Source of the DNA: an uncultured Candidatus Peribacteria bacterium
GTDB lineage: Bacteria; Patescibacteriota; Gracilibacteria; RBG-16-42-10
Direction: 5' to 3'
Assembly: GCA_964514565.1 (NCBI GenBank)
Contig: CAZERA010000001.1
Span: forward strand, 372,001 to 436,000
Length of the DNA stretch: 64,000 nucleotides
Shown piece by piece: positions 41,641 through 51,476 of this stretch. The stretch's first letter is position 1. Each line of letters starts with the position of its first letter. The notes under the pieces were generated by a model. That model ran no database searches, was not told where the DNA came from, and was given only the letters and a program-made list of their open reading frames with translations. The position numbers and the translations under genes are program-made.

Positions 41641-44600
41641 GGAAGGTAAGTAGGGCTTGATCTAAAGCTGGTGAAGCTTCGATTCGAAAGGGTAAAGGAA
41701 TGCGGGTAGCTTTGTGGAAAGGAGTGACTAATTCTAGCTCAACTGATTGAACCCCTGGGTGTTGGGCAAAAATACTTTTGAGTTGGTTGAGTGATTCAGC
41801 ACTGATATTAGAGGGGACTTGGACTAGCATGGGAGCCATATGCGGCATGCTCTTTTGAATGGAGGCTTCGTTGATGGTAAGTGGTTCGATAGCGTCTACT
41901 AGCAGCTTTGGCGTGGCACTTTTTCCACCACCACGGCGATCTCGGAAAGATATCGTGCCGTGCACTTTGACTAAGTTGTCCTCAATACATTGGGGTAGGC
42001 AAGCCTCCATCGCTTTTGGGAATACTACTGCTTCAATGCGACCAAATGGGTTTTCTATTTCCATAAAACTCATCGCCAGTCCTGTTTTGGTCAGGATGCG
42101 CTTGAGATGAAGGAGCATGCCTGAGATAGTTACTTTCTTGCCATCTTGGCTATTGCTAATCTGATCAATACGTTGACCCTGTCTAGCAAAGAAGTCTTTG
42201 AGATGATCAAGTGGATGAGCAGATAAGTAAAGTCCCAATGCTTCTTTTTCCCAATCTAGCACAGTCCGAATTGGTACTGGTTCGGCGAGAGGAATGAGTT
42301 TGAGATCCGGTGCTGCCATGGAGTCAGCCATGTCCCCAAACAGCGAATCTTTTGGTGCTTCTTCGAGCTTCTTGCGGGTACTTAGATACTGAATACAAAC
42401 ATCGATATTGTGCATTAATTGGTCAGCAGTAGCAAAATCATGGAAAGCATTAGCTTTGATCAATGCTTCGATTCCTTTGCGGTTGATAGCATGAGGATCG
42501 ATGCGAGAAAGGAAGTTCTGAACTGAAGTAAATGGTCCTCCTGCTTCTCGGGCAGCTACCACAGCCAGAATGGTACTATCACCTAAGTTTTTAATAGCAC
42601 CGAGACCAAATCGAATGCCAGTCTGTCCCACTACAGTGAAAGCTAAATGAGAATCATTTACTGATGGCGTTAGAATTGTTAATCCCAATATTTTTGATTC
42701 TTCAATCTCAATCACTATGCGTTCAGTATCGCCTCGGTCACTGGTCATCAGTGCGGCCATAAAGGCAGCTGGAAAGTGACTCTTGAGGTAAGCAGTTTGG
42801 TACGCGATCATGGCATAACAAGCAGCATGTGATTTATTGAAACCATAGCGGGCAAATGGCTCAATAAAATCCCAAATCTTTTCTGCAGTTTCTTTTTGTT
42901 TGCCTCTGGCTACTGCTTTATCAATAAATTTTTGGCGTTGTTCCATCAATAACTCTTTGATCTTTTTACCTACAGCACGACGTAAGATATCTGCTTCTCC
43001 ATAGGAGAAACCACAGTATTGACGTGCAATTTCTAGCACCTGCTCCTGATACACAATAACGCCATAGGTTTTCTTGAGAATTGGTTCAAGCTCGGGATCG
43101 AGATAAGTAACTTCTTTGAGACCATTTTTGGCAGCAATAAAATCAGGAATCGCTTCCAGTGGACCTGGACGATAGAGTGAGATCATAGCGATAATATCTT
43201 CAAAGTTGCTAGGTTTTAGTTCCTTGAGATAATGTTTCATTCCTTCTGATTCCAATTGAAATACTCCTGTAGTTTTACCGGTACTGAGCAATTGATAGCT
43301 ATCAGCATCTTTGGTATCTAAGTGTTGCCAATCTAAATCGATTTCGTAGTTTTTCTTAATCAAGTTTGCTGTCTCAGCCAGTACTGTCAGGTTACGTAGG
43401 CCCAAGAAGTCCATTTTGAGTAGGCCCAATGCCTCCAGGGGTTTCATGGCATATTGAGTCACGATGCCCTCGTCTTTTCCGGCAGTATTCTTTTGTAGTG
43501 GCGTGTGTTGAACCAATGGTTCACCGGCAATTACTACTGCTGAAGCATGGGTAGATGCATGTCTTACAACACCTTCTAGTTTAGTTGCTAACGCCCAAAT
43601 TTGTTGATGCGATGGGTTCTTTTCTAGGCTTTCTTTGATCAATGGTTCCATTTCCAAGGCATCTTTGAGCTTGGTGCCTGGTTTGATTGGGATCAATTTG
43701 GATAAACTATCCACATCTTTGTACCCGTAGCCAAACACTCGACCGACATCACGGATAGCAGCTTTTGCTCCCATCGTTCCAAAGGTAATAATCTGAGCCA
43801 CGCTCTCACGTCCGTATTTTTCTACGACATAGCTAATTACTTTTTCCCGACTATCATCGGCAAAATCGATATCTATATCAGGAGGGGATACACGTTCAGG
43901 ATTTAAGAAACGTTCAAATACCAAATCATGCTCCAGTGGATCAATGTCAGTAATACCCAAGGTATAGGTTACCATAGCTCCGGCCGCCGAACCGCGCCCT
44001 GGTCCAACCGGTACACCATTGTTTTTGGCCCAGTGAATAAAATCCCATACAATTAAGAAGTAGCTTGGGAATCCCGTTTTGTTGATGATGCCGAGTTCAT
44101 AATCAAGCCTGGCGATGATCGATGGTAGGAGTGGTTTGCCGTATCTCACTTCTGCGCCCTCAGTACAAAGCTGTAATAGGTATTCAGGTACACTCAATCC
44201 TGGCGGACATTGGAATGGCGGTAAGAGATTTTTGCCAAGCGCGATTTGAATATCACAACGTTCACTAATAGCTACAGTTATATCACAAGCCTCAGGAATG
44301 TCAGCAAAAAGCTCCCGCATTTTTTCTTCACTCAGTACTGAGTAGTCGCCTTTAAACATAGGGCGATTTTGATCACTGATCAGTTTTTGGTTTTTAACAC
44401 AAATCAAAGCATCATGAGCATCTCTATCTGAGCTGCTAGCATAGTGACAGTTATTGGTCGCCACTAATGGAATGCCTGTTCTTTTGCTGCATTCGATCAG
44501 TAAAGGGCTCAATCTGTTTTCTTCATCTAAACCATGTCTTTCAATTTCAATATAGTAATTGTTTTTGCCGAACAGTTGTTCATATTTCTGAGCCAAAACT

Positions 44601-45061
44601 ACGCCAGCCTCAATGCCCTTGTGCAACAAAGTTTCACCGAGCTCGCCAGTATAGTCCCCACTGAGAGCTAGGATCCCTTCATGGAATTCATTCAGTAATT
44701 CCCAGTCAATCATTGGCTTCTCATGAAGTCCTTCTAACTGGCCTTTGGTCACCAAGACCATTAAGTTTTGATAGCCTGTATTGTTATAAGCAATCAAAAC
44801 AATCTGATGTGGTTTCTTGGTCTCTTCACTACGGTCAAAGTGCGAATGGCGGGATACGTAAAGTTCAGCCCCAATCACTGGTTTTAATTTGTAATTATTG
44901 GCAGCTTGATAAAAATCTACTGAGCCATACATCACTCCACTATCTGTGAGCGCGATGCCGGGCATTTGATACTCTTTAATTTTATTAATCAAAGCATAGG
45001 GCGAGCTAAGCGCGTCCAGTAGACTATAAAAACTATGTACGTGGAGGTGAACAAAGGCCAT
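41612..45061 (-). CDS. dnaE: DNA polymerase III alpha subunit
   Basis: PHP motif HLHVHS.YS.LD, GPGRGS, PDIDIDF, KMDFLGL, YGFNKSH, OB fold; ATG 45061 preferred. Confidence 0.97.
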   Translation of the reverse strand: MAFVHLHVHSFYSLLDALSSPYALINKIKEYQMPGIALTDSGVMYGSVDFYQAANNYKLKPVIGAELYVSRHSHFDRSEETKKPHQIVLIAYNNTGYQNLMVLVTKGQLEGLHEKPMIDWELLNEFHEGILALSGDYTGELGETLLHKGIEAGVVLAQKYEQLFGKNNYYIEIERHGLDEENRLSPLLIECSKRTGIPLVATNNCHYASSSDRDAHDALICVKNQKLISDQNRPMFKGDYSVLSEEKMRELFADIPEACDITVAISERCDIQIALGKNLLPPFQCPPGLSVPEYLLQLCTEGAEVRYGKPLLPSIIARLDYELGIINKTGFPSYFLIVWDFIHWAKNNGVPVGPGRGSAAGAMVTYTLGITDIDPLEHDLVFERFLNPERVSPPDIDIDFADDSREKVISYVVEKYGRESVAQIITFGTMGAKAAIRDVGRVFGYGYKDVDSLSKLIPIKPGTKLKDALEMEPLIKESLEKNPSHQQIWALATKLEGVVRHASTHASAVVIAGEPLVQHTPLQKNTAGKDEGIVTQYAMKPLEALGLLKMDFLGLRNLTVLAETANLIKKNYEIDLDWQHLDTKDADSYQLLSTGKTTGVFQLESEGMKHYLKELKPSNFEDIIAMISLYRPGPLEAIPDFIAAKNGLKEVTYLDPELEPILKKTYGVIVYQEQVLEIARQYCGFSYGEADILRRAVGKKIKELLMEQRQKFIDKAVARGKQKETAEKIWDFIEPFARYGFNKSHAACYAMIAYQTAYLKSHFPAAFMAALMTSDRGDTERIVIEIEESKILGLTILTPSVNDSHLAFTVVGQTGIRFGLGAIKNLGDSTILAVVAAREAGGPFTSVQNFLSRIDPHAINRKGIEALIKANAFHDFATADQLMHNIDVCIQYLSTRKKLEEAPKDSLFGDMADSMAAPDLKLIPLAEPVPIRTVLDWEKEALGLYLSAHPLDHLKDFFARQGQRIDQISNSQDGKKVTISGMLLHLKRILTKTGLAMSFMEIENPFGRIEAVVFPKAMEACLPQCIEDNLVKVHGTISFRDRRGGGKSATPKLLVDAIEPLTINEASIQKSMPHMAPMLVQVPSNISAESLNQLKSIFAQHPGVQSVELELVTPFHKATRIPLPFRIEASPALDQALLTFHETLTTQSA

Positions 45062-45156
45062 AGGTCGGGGTAATCTCCATAGGCCAACATAACATACTTT
45101 TTGTCCTGATAAAATTGAGGTAGAGTATGCTTGATTTATTTTCAATACCAAAGCAT

Positions 45157-45486
45157 ATGGACTGCCTTTTTTGTCAGATTGTCGCTAAGAAGATTCCTGC
45201 AAAGATAGTGTGGGAGAACGGCAACATCCTGGCTTTTGCTGATATAGCGCCGGTGGCACCAGTCCATATATTAGTAATTCCTAAGAAACACATCCAAAGT
45301 CTTTATCATGTTGAAGCTGAAGATGCTCAATTGATGGGAGAGATCATGGCCAGCTTTAGTGGCTTGGCTGATCAGCTAGGAATAGCAAAGAATGGATTTC
45401 GAGTACAAACCAACATCGGCAAAGACGGCGGCCAGGTGGTACCACATCTTCATTTTCATTTGATGGGCGGAAGAACTTTAAATTAG
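45157..45486 (+). CDS. hinT: histidine triad (HIT/HinT) nucleotide-binding protein
   Basis: CLFC, AFADIAP.AP.H.LVIPKKH, HLHFH. Confidence 0.92.
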   Translation: MDCLFCQIVAKKIPAKIVWENGNILAFADIAPVAPVHILVIPKKHIQSLYHVEAEDAQLMGEIMASFSGLADQLGIAKNGFRVQTNIGKDGGQVVPHLHFHLMGGRTLN

Positions 45487-45499
45487 GTCAGAGGTACAA

Positions 45500-45515
45500 T
45501 CCCGCAGACGCGGGA
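45500..45515. repeat. REP-like palindrome TCCCGC-AGAC-GCGGGA (copy 3)
   Basis: same stem with a different loop; flanked by the direct repeat AGGTCAGAG at 45485-45493 and 45518-45526. Confidence 0.65.
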
Positions 45516-45559
45516 AGAGGTCAGAGATTTTATGTGGAAGCTTTTTTACTTGTTTGGTT

Positions 45560-45588
45560 TTGCAATGTGAGATGTGTTCGTGTAAAGT
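45560..45588 (+). promoter_or_regulatory. sigma70-type promoter of rpsU
   Basis: TTGCAA-N17-TAAAGT. Confidence 0.5.
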
Positions 45589-45606
45589 TATTGGGCTTTA
45601 ACTTTT

Positions 45607-45617
45607 GAAAGGAGGTG
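45607..45617 (+). promoter_or_regulatory. extended Shine-Dalgarno site of rpsU
   Basis: GAAAGGAGGTG ending 4 nt before the ATG at 45622. Confidence 0.85.
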
Positions 45618-45621
45618 CTGT

Positions 45622-45816
45622 ATGACTTATGTTCTTCGTCAGAATAACGAATCCGTAGAAAAAATGCTTGGTAGATTCCGTCGCAAAGTAATGGCCGATG
45701 GTGTCTTGACCCGCGTACGTGCTCGTAAATATCACGCCAAAAAATTCTCTAAGCGCCAACAAAAAATTCGCGCTCAGTATCGTGTTGCTAAGCAAACTGC
45801 TGAATTAAGCGAATAA
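45622..45816 (+). CDS. rpsU: 30S ribosomal protein bS21
   Basis: 64 aa, basic; NESVEKML.RFRRKV...G.L...R.R.Y..K.S. Confidence 0.88.
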   Translation: MTYVLRQNNESVEKMLGRFRRKVMADGVLTRVRARKYHAKKFSKRQQKIRAQYRVAKQTAELSE

Positions 45817-45818
45817 TT

Positions 45819-46301
45819 GTGATCGCCAATTTGCTAGTGGTGTCTCGAATTAGTATTAAACCTCATGTCCAAAAAGTACTTCGTACTCTCTGGCATGAGG
45901 TTTGTTTGTATGAGGGTAAAGATGTAGAAAATGCTACGCTCGATATATATGTTGTTGGAGAAGGAAAGATCAAACAAGTCAACAAGCAATATCGGGGGAT
46001 TGATAAGGTGACCGATGTGGTATCCCTAGATTTTGGGGTGGATGAAATGGGTGAGAAGGTTGCTGTTATTTACATTGCTGCTGCGGTATTGAAGCGTGTT
46101 GCTTTCCAGATGAAGCATGGTTTTGAGCAAGAGCTGGTTTTTATTGCTTTGCATGGCATGCTCCATGTGTGGGGACATGACCACGAGCATGTGGATGAGG
46201 AAAAGAAGATGCTACAAGCAAAAGAAATATTATTACAAAACTTTCCTCGTTATTCACCATTATTAAGCACATATAGAAGCCGGTCTTTGTTTGACTCTTG
46301 A
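45819..46301 (+). CDS. ybeY: rRNA maturation endoribonuclease YbeY
   Basis: N.QYRGIDK.TDV.S, HGMLHVWGHDH. Confidence 0.93.
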   Translation: MIANLLVVSRISIKPHVQKVLRTLWHEVCLYEGKDVENATLDIYVVGEGKIKQVNKQYRGIDKVTDVVSLDFGVDEMGEKVAVIYIAAAVLKRVAFQMKHGFEQELVFIALHGMLHVWGHDHEHVDEEKKMLQAKEILLQNFPRYSPLLSTYRSRSLFDS

Positions 46302-46318
46302 TTGGTTTATCCTATACT
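46291..46318 (+). promoter_or_regulatory. sigma70-type promoter of ftsA
   Basis: TTGACT-N16-TATACT. Confidence 0.55.
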
Positions 46319-46365
46319 GGTGATGAATTTTTAGTGCTTTTTTTGTATACTTTATTTTTCTTGGC

Positions 46366-47589
46366 ATGGCCAAAGAACGAGTAATTACTGCGATAGATAT
46401 CGGCAGCACCCGGATTAGAGTTGTATGCGGTATCATGAATGGTGAGGGAAATCATGCGCCTCAAATCGTTGGCGTCGGAGATGTGCCTAGTCATGGAATT
46501 AGAAAAGGACAAATAATTGATATTGAAGAGACCATCAATTCTATAGCACAAGCTGTCAGTGAAGCAGAGCGGATGGCTGGCAGTCCAATTGATCATGCGG
46601 TGGTAAATATTGCTGGTATCGGACTCACTACTATCAATAGTAGAGGGTTTATTTCTATTGGTCGTCAGGATGGGGAGATCACTCATGATGATATCCATCG
46701 TGTGTTGGAGGCTTCACAGGCAGTTTCAATTCCCCAAACTCAAAAGACCGTCAAAGTATTGCCTCGGGCATTTACGGTAGATGATCAAGTGGGAATCAAG
46801 GATCCTGTCGGTATGACTGGTATTCGTCTCGAGGTAGATGCGATGATTATGACTGCTCCACAAGCTAGTATGCGTAATATGATGAAGTGTATTCATCAGG
46901 CGGGTATTGATGTGGATGATTTTATTCCTTCGATGCTAGCGTCAGCAGAGGCAGTATTGTCTCGTCGTGAGAAGGAGTTGGGTGTAGCAGTTGTAGATAT
47001 TGGTGGGGGGTCGGTGAACATTGCGGTATATGAAGAGGGTGCATTACTTCACACTGCAGTATTAGCGATTGGCGCTGGGCATGTGACCAATGATATTGCA
47101 ATTGGGTTGCGTACTTCGGTTGATACAGCAGAGAAAGTTAAATTGGAATATGGAACATGTTTGCCTCAAGAGGTGCGTTCAAATGATATGATCGATCTTT
47201 CAGTGATTAGTCACGTCGACACTCAGCAAGTTTCTTTGCACTTACTAGCTCAAATCGTTGAGGCTCGTATGCAGGAAATATTTGATATGGTGGGACGTGA
47301 ATTCCGCAAGATCAATCGTGATGGATTGCTGCCAGCTGGTGTAGTACTGACAGGTGGAGGAGTGAAGATTCCTGGATGTGTGGAGGTAGCTAAACAAATT
47401 TTGAACTTACCAGTGCAAGTCGGTTACCCTGTAGAGGTAGAAGGTGTTGTTGATAATATTGATGATCCTGCCTACGCTACTGTAATCGGGTTGCTTTTAT
47501 GGGGCATGCGTAATGAACCACAAGTAAAATTGCATAAGAGCTCTATTTTCACTACAGTGAAAGAGTGGTTGCGAAGTTTTGTGCGCTAG
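46366..47589 (+). CDS. ftsA: cell division protein FtsA
   Basis: AIDIGST, GIRKG.I.DI, VDIGGG, VTNDIAIGL, VVLTGGG, amphipathic C-terminus. Confidence 0.96.
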   Translation: MAKERVITAIDIGSTRIRVVCGIMNGEGNHAPQIVGVGDVPSHGIRKGQIIDIEETINSIAQAVSEAERMAGSPIDHAVVNIAGIGLTTINSRGFISIGRQDGEITHDDIHRVLEASQAVSIPQTQKTVKVLPRAFTVDDQVGIKDPVGMTGIRLEVDAMIMTAPQASMRNMMKCIHQAGIDVDDFIPSMLASAEAVLSRREKELGVAVVDIGGGSVNIAVYEEGALLHTAVLAIGAGHVTNDIAIGLRTSVDTAEKVKLEYGTCLPQEVRSNDMIDLSVISHVDTQQVSLHLLAQIVEARMQEIFDMVGREFRKINRDGLLPAGVVLTGGGVKIPGCVEVAKQILNLPVQVGYPVEVEGVVDNIDDPAYATVIGLLLWGMRNEPQVKLHKSSIFTTVKEWLRSFVR

Positions 47590-47613
47590 TATAAAGCAAA
47601 ATATTAATACAAC

Positions 47614-47642
47614 TTGTCAAATTTGGGGTTTTGTATTACTAT
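47614..47642 (+). promoter_or_regulatory. sigma70-type promoter of ftsZ
   Basis: TTGTCA-N17-TACTAT. Confidence 0.55.
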
Positions 47643-47700
47643 CACCTATCGAAAGCCGCCTCTTTATTAAACCCCCGCTAACTCTCATTAATTACTTTCT

Positions 47701-48951
47701 ATGGATTCCAAGAAGTCATCTGCTCAACAATCACAGGCACAAGCAAAGATATTTGTAGTTGGTGTCGGTGGTGGTGGAAACAACGCACTTGAAAGCATGA
47801 TCAAGTCTCGCATTGATGTGCAATTTATTGCAGTCAATACCGATGCTCAAGCTCTCACTTCATCACAAGCAGATCATAAGATTCATATCGGAATAGAGAC
47901 TACCAAAGGACTAGGTGCAGGTGCTAATCCAGATATTGGTAAGCGTTCAGCAGAAGAACAAATCGCTGAGCTCAAGACTGTGCTGACTGGTGCTGATATG
48001 GTGTTTATTACTTGTGGACTTGGTGGTGGTACAGGTACTGGTGCTGCTCCTGTTATTGCTCAACTAGCTAAAGAGCTAGGTGCTTTGACAATCGGTGTCG
48101 TGACCAAACCTTTTAGTTTTGAGGGACAGCGTCGTGCAATGGTAGCTGAAGCTGGTTTTAGTGAGCTCAAAGCTTCTGTCGATAGTTTGATTACTATCCC
48201 CAATGATCGCATCTTGGCTTTGATTGATCGTAAGACTCCTCTCACTGATGCATTTGAAATTGTAGATGATGTATTGCGCCAAGCTGTACAAAGTATCTCT
48301 GATTTGATCAATGTCCATGGCATGATCAATGTGGATTTTGCTGATGTACGTTCAGTCATGAAGAACTCAGGTTCTGCTTTGATGGGTATCGGTTTCGGTA
48401 CTGGTGAAAATCGTGCTCTTGAAGCAGCAAAGGCTGCTATCGAAAGTCCACTTTTGGATCTTTCTATCGCCGGTGCCAAGGGTATCTTGATCAACATTAC
48501 TGGTGGCAGTGACCTCAGTATGTTTGAAGTTGATGAAGCTGCCAAAGTAGTAACTGAGTCAGCTGCTGAAGATGCTAATATTATTTTTGGTACTGTGATC
48601 GATGATCGCTCTGCTGGAGAAATCAAAGTGACTGTCATTGCAACTGGGTTTGATGCTTCTGAGACTAGTAGTGGTAATATGGCCTCTCCAAGTATCAACC
48701 GCCGCATGAGTAGTGGTATGAATGATACTTACAAGAATGCTCTTGGTGCTAAGCAAAATACCAAACAAAATAATTTCTTTGGTAAACAAGTAAACTTGTC
48801 TCCAGTAAATAGTATTGCTAAGCAATCAGCATTTGCTACACCAAAGGTATCTCCAAAAGTATCTCAATCAGTCACTGCTAATAGCCAAAGCGAGAGCATG
48901 GATCCTGATGTTGAGGTGCCTACCTTTATGCGCAGACAAGTAGGTAAATAA
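47701..48951 (+). CDS. ftsZ: cell division protein FtsZ
   Basis: [23 protein letters not shown]-terminal VEVPTFMRR. Confidence 0.98.
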   Translation: MDSKKSSAQQSQAQAKIFVVGVGGGGNNALESMIKSRIDVQFIAVNTDAQALTSSQADHKIHIGIETTKGLGAGANPDIGKRSAEEQIAELKTVLTGADMVFITCGLGGGTGTGAAPVIAQLAKELGALTIGVVTKPFSFEGQRRAMVAEAGFSELKASVDSLITIPNDRILALIDRKTPLTDAFEIVDDVLRQAVQSISDLINVHGMINVDFADVRSVMKNSGSALMGIGFGTGENRALEAAKAAIESPLLDLSIAGAKGILINITGGSDLSMFEVDEAAKVVTESAAEDANIIFGTVIDDRSAGEIKVTVIATGFDASETSSGNMASPSINRRMSSGMNDTYKNALGAKQNTKQNNFFGKQVNLSPVNSIAKQSAFATPKVSPKVSQSVTANSQSESMDPDVEVPTFMRRQVGK

Positions 48952-48953
48952 TC

Positions 48954-49241
48954 ATGATGGTTACTGTCATCACTTTCTTACAAGTATTTGTTCATTACTT
49001 TGAGCGGATTTTGTCTTTGATGGTGTTGGTAAGAGTGATCTTGAGTTGGTTTCCAACGGCAAAAGGAAATTTCTTTGGTCGTTTGGTGATGGATGCGACC
49101 CAGCCCCTTTTCAATGTAGTATATCGCTTCTTTCCTCAAATGAAGATGGGCATGATGGACTTCTCACCAATTATTGTCTTTTTGGCAATTGGGTGGATTG
49201 CTGAGCTAATTATTATTGGGCTCGGCTCACTGATTAGTTAA
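48954..49241 (+). CDS. YggT family membrane protein
   Basis: RVILSWF, T.P, MDFSPI; downstream of ftsZ. Confidence 0.88.
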   Translation: MMVTVITFLQVFVHYFERILSLMVLVRVILSWFPTAKGNFFGRLVMDATQPLFNVVYRFFPQMKMGMMDFSPIIVFLAIGWIAELIIIGLGSLIS

Positions 49242-49246
49242 GTAAT

Positions 49247-49480
49247 ATGATTCAGGTCATTCATGTCACAGTAAAGGCTCATCCCAGGAGACCTACGGCG
49301 ATTGTAAGTATAGCTGACAATGGTGACATGGTCGTAACAATCGGAACCTTACCAATAATGGGCAAAGCAAATAAGTTGCTTCTCATTCTTTTGGCCAAGC
49401 ACTTTCAAATCGCTCCTAGTCAGATAGTGATTCTGAAGGGGCATTTGAGTAGCAGAAAGTCTATTCAGATTAGTAAGTAG
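49247..49480 (+). CDS. DUF167/YggU family protein
   Basis: P..GKAN..L...LA.HF......I.I.KG..S..K. Confidence 0.85.
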   Translation: MIQVIHVTVKAHPRRPTAIVSIADNGDMVVTIGTLPIMGKANKLLLILLAKHFQIAPSQIVILKGHLSSRKSIQISK

Positions 49481-51469
49481 CTATTTCTCATAGGTAGATA
49501 ATACTGCAATAACAGTATCTACAGTCACTGGGAAGCCTCTTAACTTCAAACCTTTAGCAGCAGTTAGGACAGCGCCAATCTTATCAACCGTAATACTTTG
49601 ATTAGGAATAGTAGGGTGAGGAAATATTGCAGCTATATGACCGTCTTCGCCTGGTATGGCCACAATGTTCTTGAGTCCTAATGATTCGAGCTCTTTGATG
49701 AAAGCATTGTTTCTAGCATTAGTATCTAATGCTTGGTAGTGATCTAAAACACGTTGGTCATTGTCTATTACAGCTGTAGATTTCTTGTGACTAACTGATG
49801 CTCGTAGACCTGTGGTGTCACTAATTTTACATATAACACTATATATGTCCTCGGGTGATATTTTGTCTTGAGCAGGCATCATGACAGTCCATTCGTCGCC
49901 ACCACGCATAGAAAAGAATTGCACGCCGGGTAACTCAGCTGTAAGAAGAGCTCGTGCAGCATTAATTTTATCTTGAATTAGTTGAGTAACAGTATTTCCT
50001 ACCTCCATAAGCAGTTTTCTAGCTTTGTCTTTGCTGTGAGCTAGTGGTTGGGTTGAAGCAGAAGAGTTTTGTTTGAGCAATCTTAGAGAGATCTTCTCAA
50101 AGTCACGGATATTCATGTTGCCAATGCCAATTGCATCAAATGAAATGTAGAATGCTTCAGGATGATCTGTGCCTTGGTAATGGAAGTAGCTTTCAGTGCA
50201 GTCTCTTTTATCGCGTTCATCACACAATAAGGCCGCTTTGAAGTTATCAATATCATCTGTTTGTAAAAGCTCCTCGGTATTTTGAATGACATTTTGGGCA
50301 TCATCAATACTTGCCCAGGGAAAAATATAATCGATGGCGTTGATAGTTTGGTAATAGCGTTTTAGTTTTTCATAACGGGCAAGCAGTTCTGTATCTGTTG
50401 CATGAATAGCTTTAAAGTCGCTCCATTTTCTCAGGTTGTTTACAACCTCGGCCTTGAGTAATAAAACATTGCCTAAGTCTGGATCTTGCACCATTTCAAA
50501 GAAATCGACTAATTCAGCGTCATGGGTAGCTTCATTTCTACCTTTTTGAATATCATTGACTAGACCTAGCAGATTGAAGGCTCCTCCTCGTAGTCGTCTT
50601 TCTACTGCCTGCATTCCATTGGTATAGCGTTGGCCTGATGCTCTAGCAATCCATTCACTTTGCTTATTGGTCCATACTCTTTGCTCTAGGCTACTCTTAG
50701 TACCAGGAAGCGTATGTACTGGGTCAGATAAACCGAAGTTCAATGTAAAATACTGTAGCTGAGTTGCCAACCAGTCATCAATTTTATTGGCTTGAGGAGA
50801 GTGGGGCTGGTTATCTCGCAAGCGACGTGCTTCGTTTTCTAAAATTACACGCATGGCGCTCTTGGTATCGTCTTCTACTTGCGCAAGGACATAGTTGATT
50901 ACTGCTAAGTCACTATTACCTTCAGGGGCGATATGATGTCTTGCTAATGCATCAGCATTGAGAGTCCGTTCTAGTTTTGCCACCGCTTTGGGCAGATTGT
51001 TTCTATCGATACAGTATCTCGCTATTTTGTAACCATTATCAATCACCGATTTCTCTGAGGCCAGTTCATAATACTTCAATCTGATATTAAGTAACTCATC
51101 ACGTTTATCAATAATGGCATTAGTAATATTGGGGCCAAAAGTATCATTTAGATATTTGATACTCGTGCTCTCTGATCCTGCATGAACTACTACTAAGACT
51201 AAACTGTCGATTGGTATATGAGCTAGTCTGAGGGTAGGTGAACTACTAATTAATTGTTTTAGCTGTTCTGGATCATGATTGTCTATTACATGAATTCTAA
51301 AGTCATTAATTTGGTCTCGAATATAAGCTGCTGCTGCAGGCAGAGCACCTTGTTCTGGAGCTGTAGCTACGTCTACTATTTTGCGAAGCATCGCTCGATA
51401 CGTGGATCTTGAAGTAACTAAATCTAGCGCTTCTTGGCCTGATTCGCGCGGATGTAATGTGTCTGGCAT
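49481..51469 (-). CDS. large hypothetical protein with degenerate GGDEF/palm-like nucleotidyl-cyclase motifs
   Basis: N-terminal IKYLNDTFG; C-terminal YISFDAIGIG...MRGGDEWTV...RASVS. Confidence 0.6.
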   Translation of the reverse strand: MPDTLHPRESGQEALDLVTSRSTYRAMLRKIVDVATAPEQGALPAAAAYIRDQINDFRIHVIDNHDPEQLKQLISSSPTLRLAHIPIDSLVLVVVHAGSESTSIKYLNDTFGPNITNAIIDKRDELLNIRLKYYELASEKSVIDNGYKIARYCIDRNNLPKAVAKLERTLNADALARHHIAPEGNSDLAVINYVLAQVEDDTKSAMRVILENEARRLRDNQPHSPQANKIDDWLATQLQYFTLNFGLSDPVHTLPGTKSSLEQRVWTNKQSEWIARASGQRYTNGMQAVERRLRGGAFNLLGLVNDIQKGRNEATHDAELVDFFEMVQDPDLGNVLLLKAEVVNNLRKWSDFKAIHATDTELLARYEKLKRYYQTINAIDYIFPWASIDDAQNVIQNTEELLQTDDIDNFKAALLCDERDKRDCTESYFHYQGTDHPEAFYISFDAIGIGNMNIRDFEKISLRLLKQNSSASTQPLAHSKDKARKLLMEVGNTVTQLIQDKINAARALLTAELPGVQFFSMRGGDEWTVMMPAQDKISPEDIYSVICKISDTTGLRASVSHKKSTAVIDNDQRVLDHYQALDTNARNNAFIKELESLGLKNIVAIPGEDGHIAAIFPHPTIPNQSITVDKIGAVLTAAKGLKLRGFPVTVDTVIAVLSTYEK

Positions 51470-51476
51470 AGGTAAT

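Noticed and set aside
41612..45151. Intein in dnaE, or the extended N-terminus from 45151
   Set aside because: Length and motif spacing are normal, and the conserved start is MAFVHLH at 45061.
49481..51469. Calling the GGDEW protein Cas10 or a canonical diguanylate cyclase
   Set aside because: There is no HD domain, zinc finger, GGDD motif or cas neighbours, and neither half has the full diguanylate-cyclase motif set.
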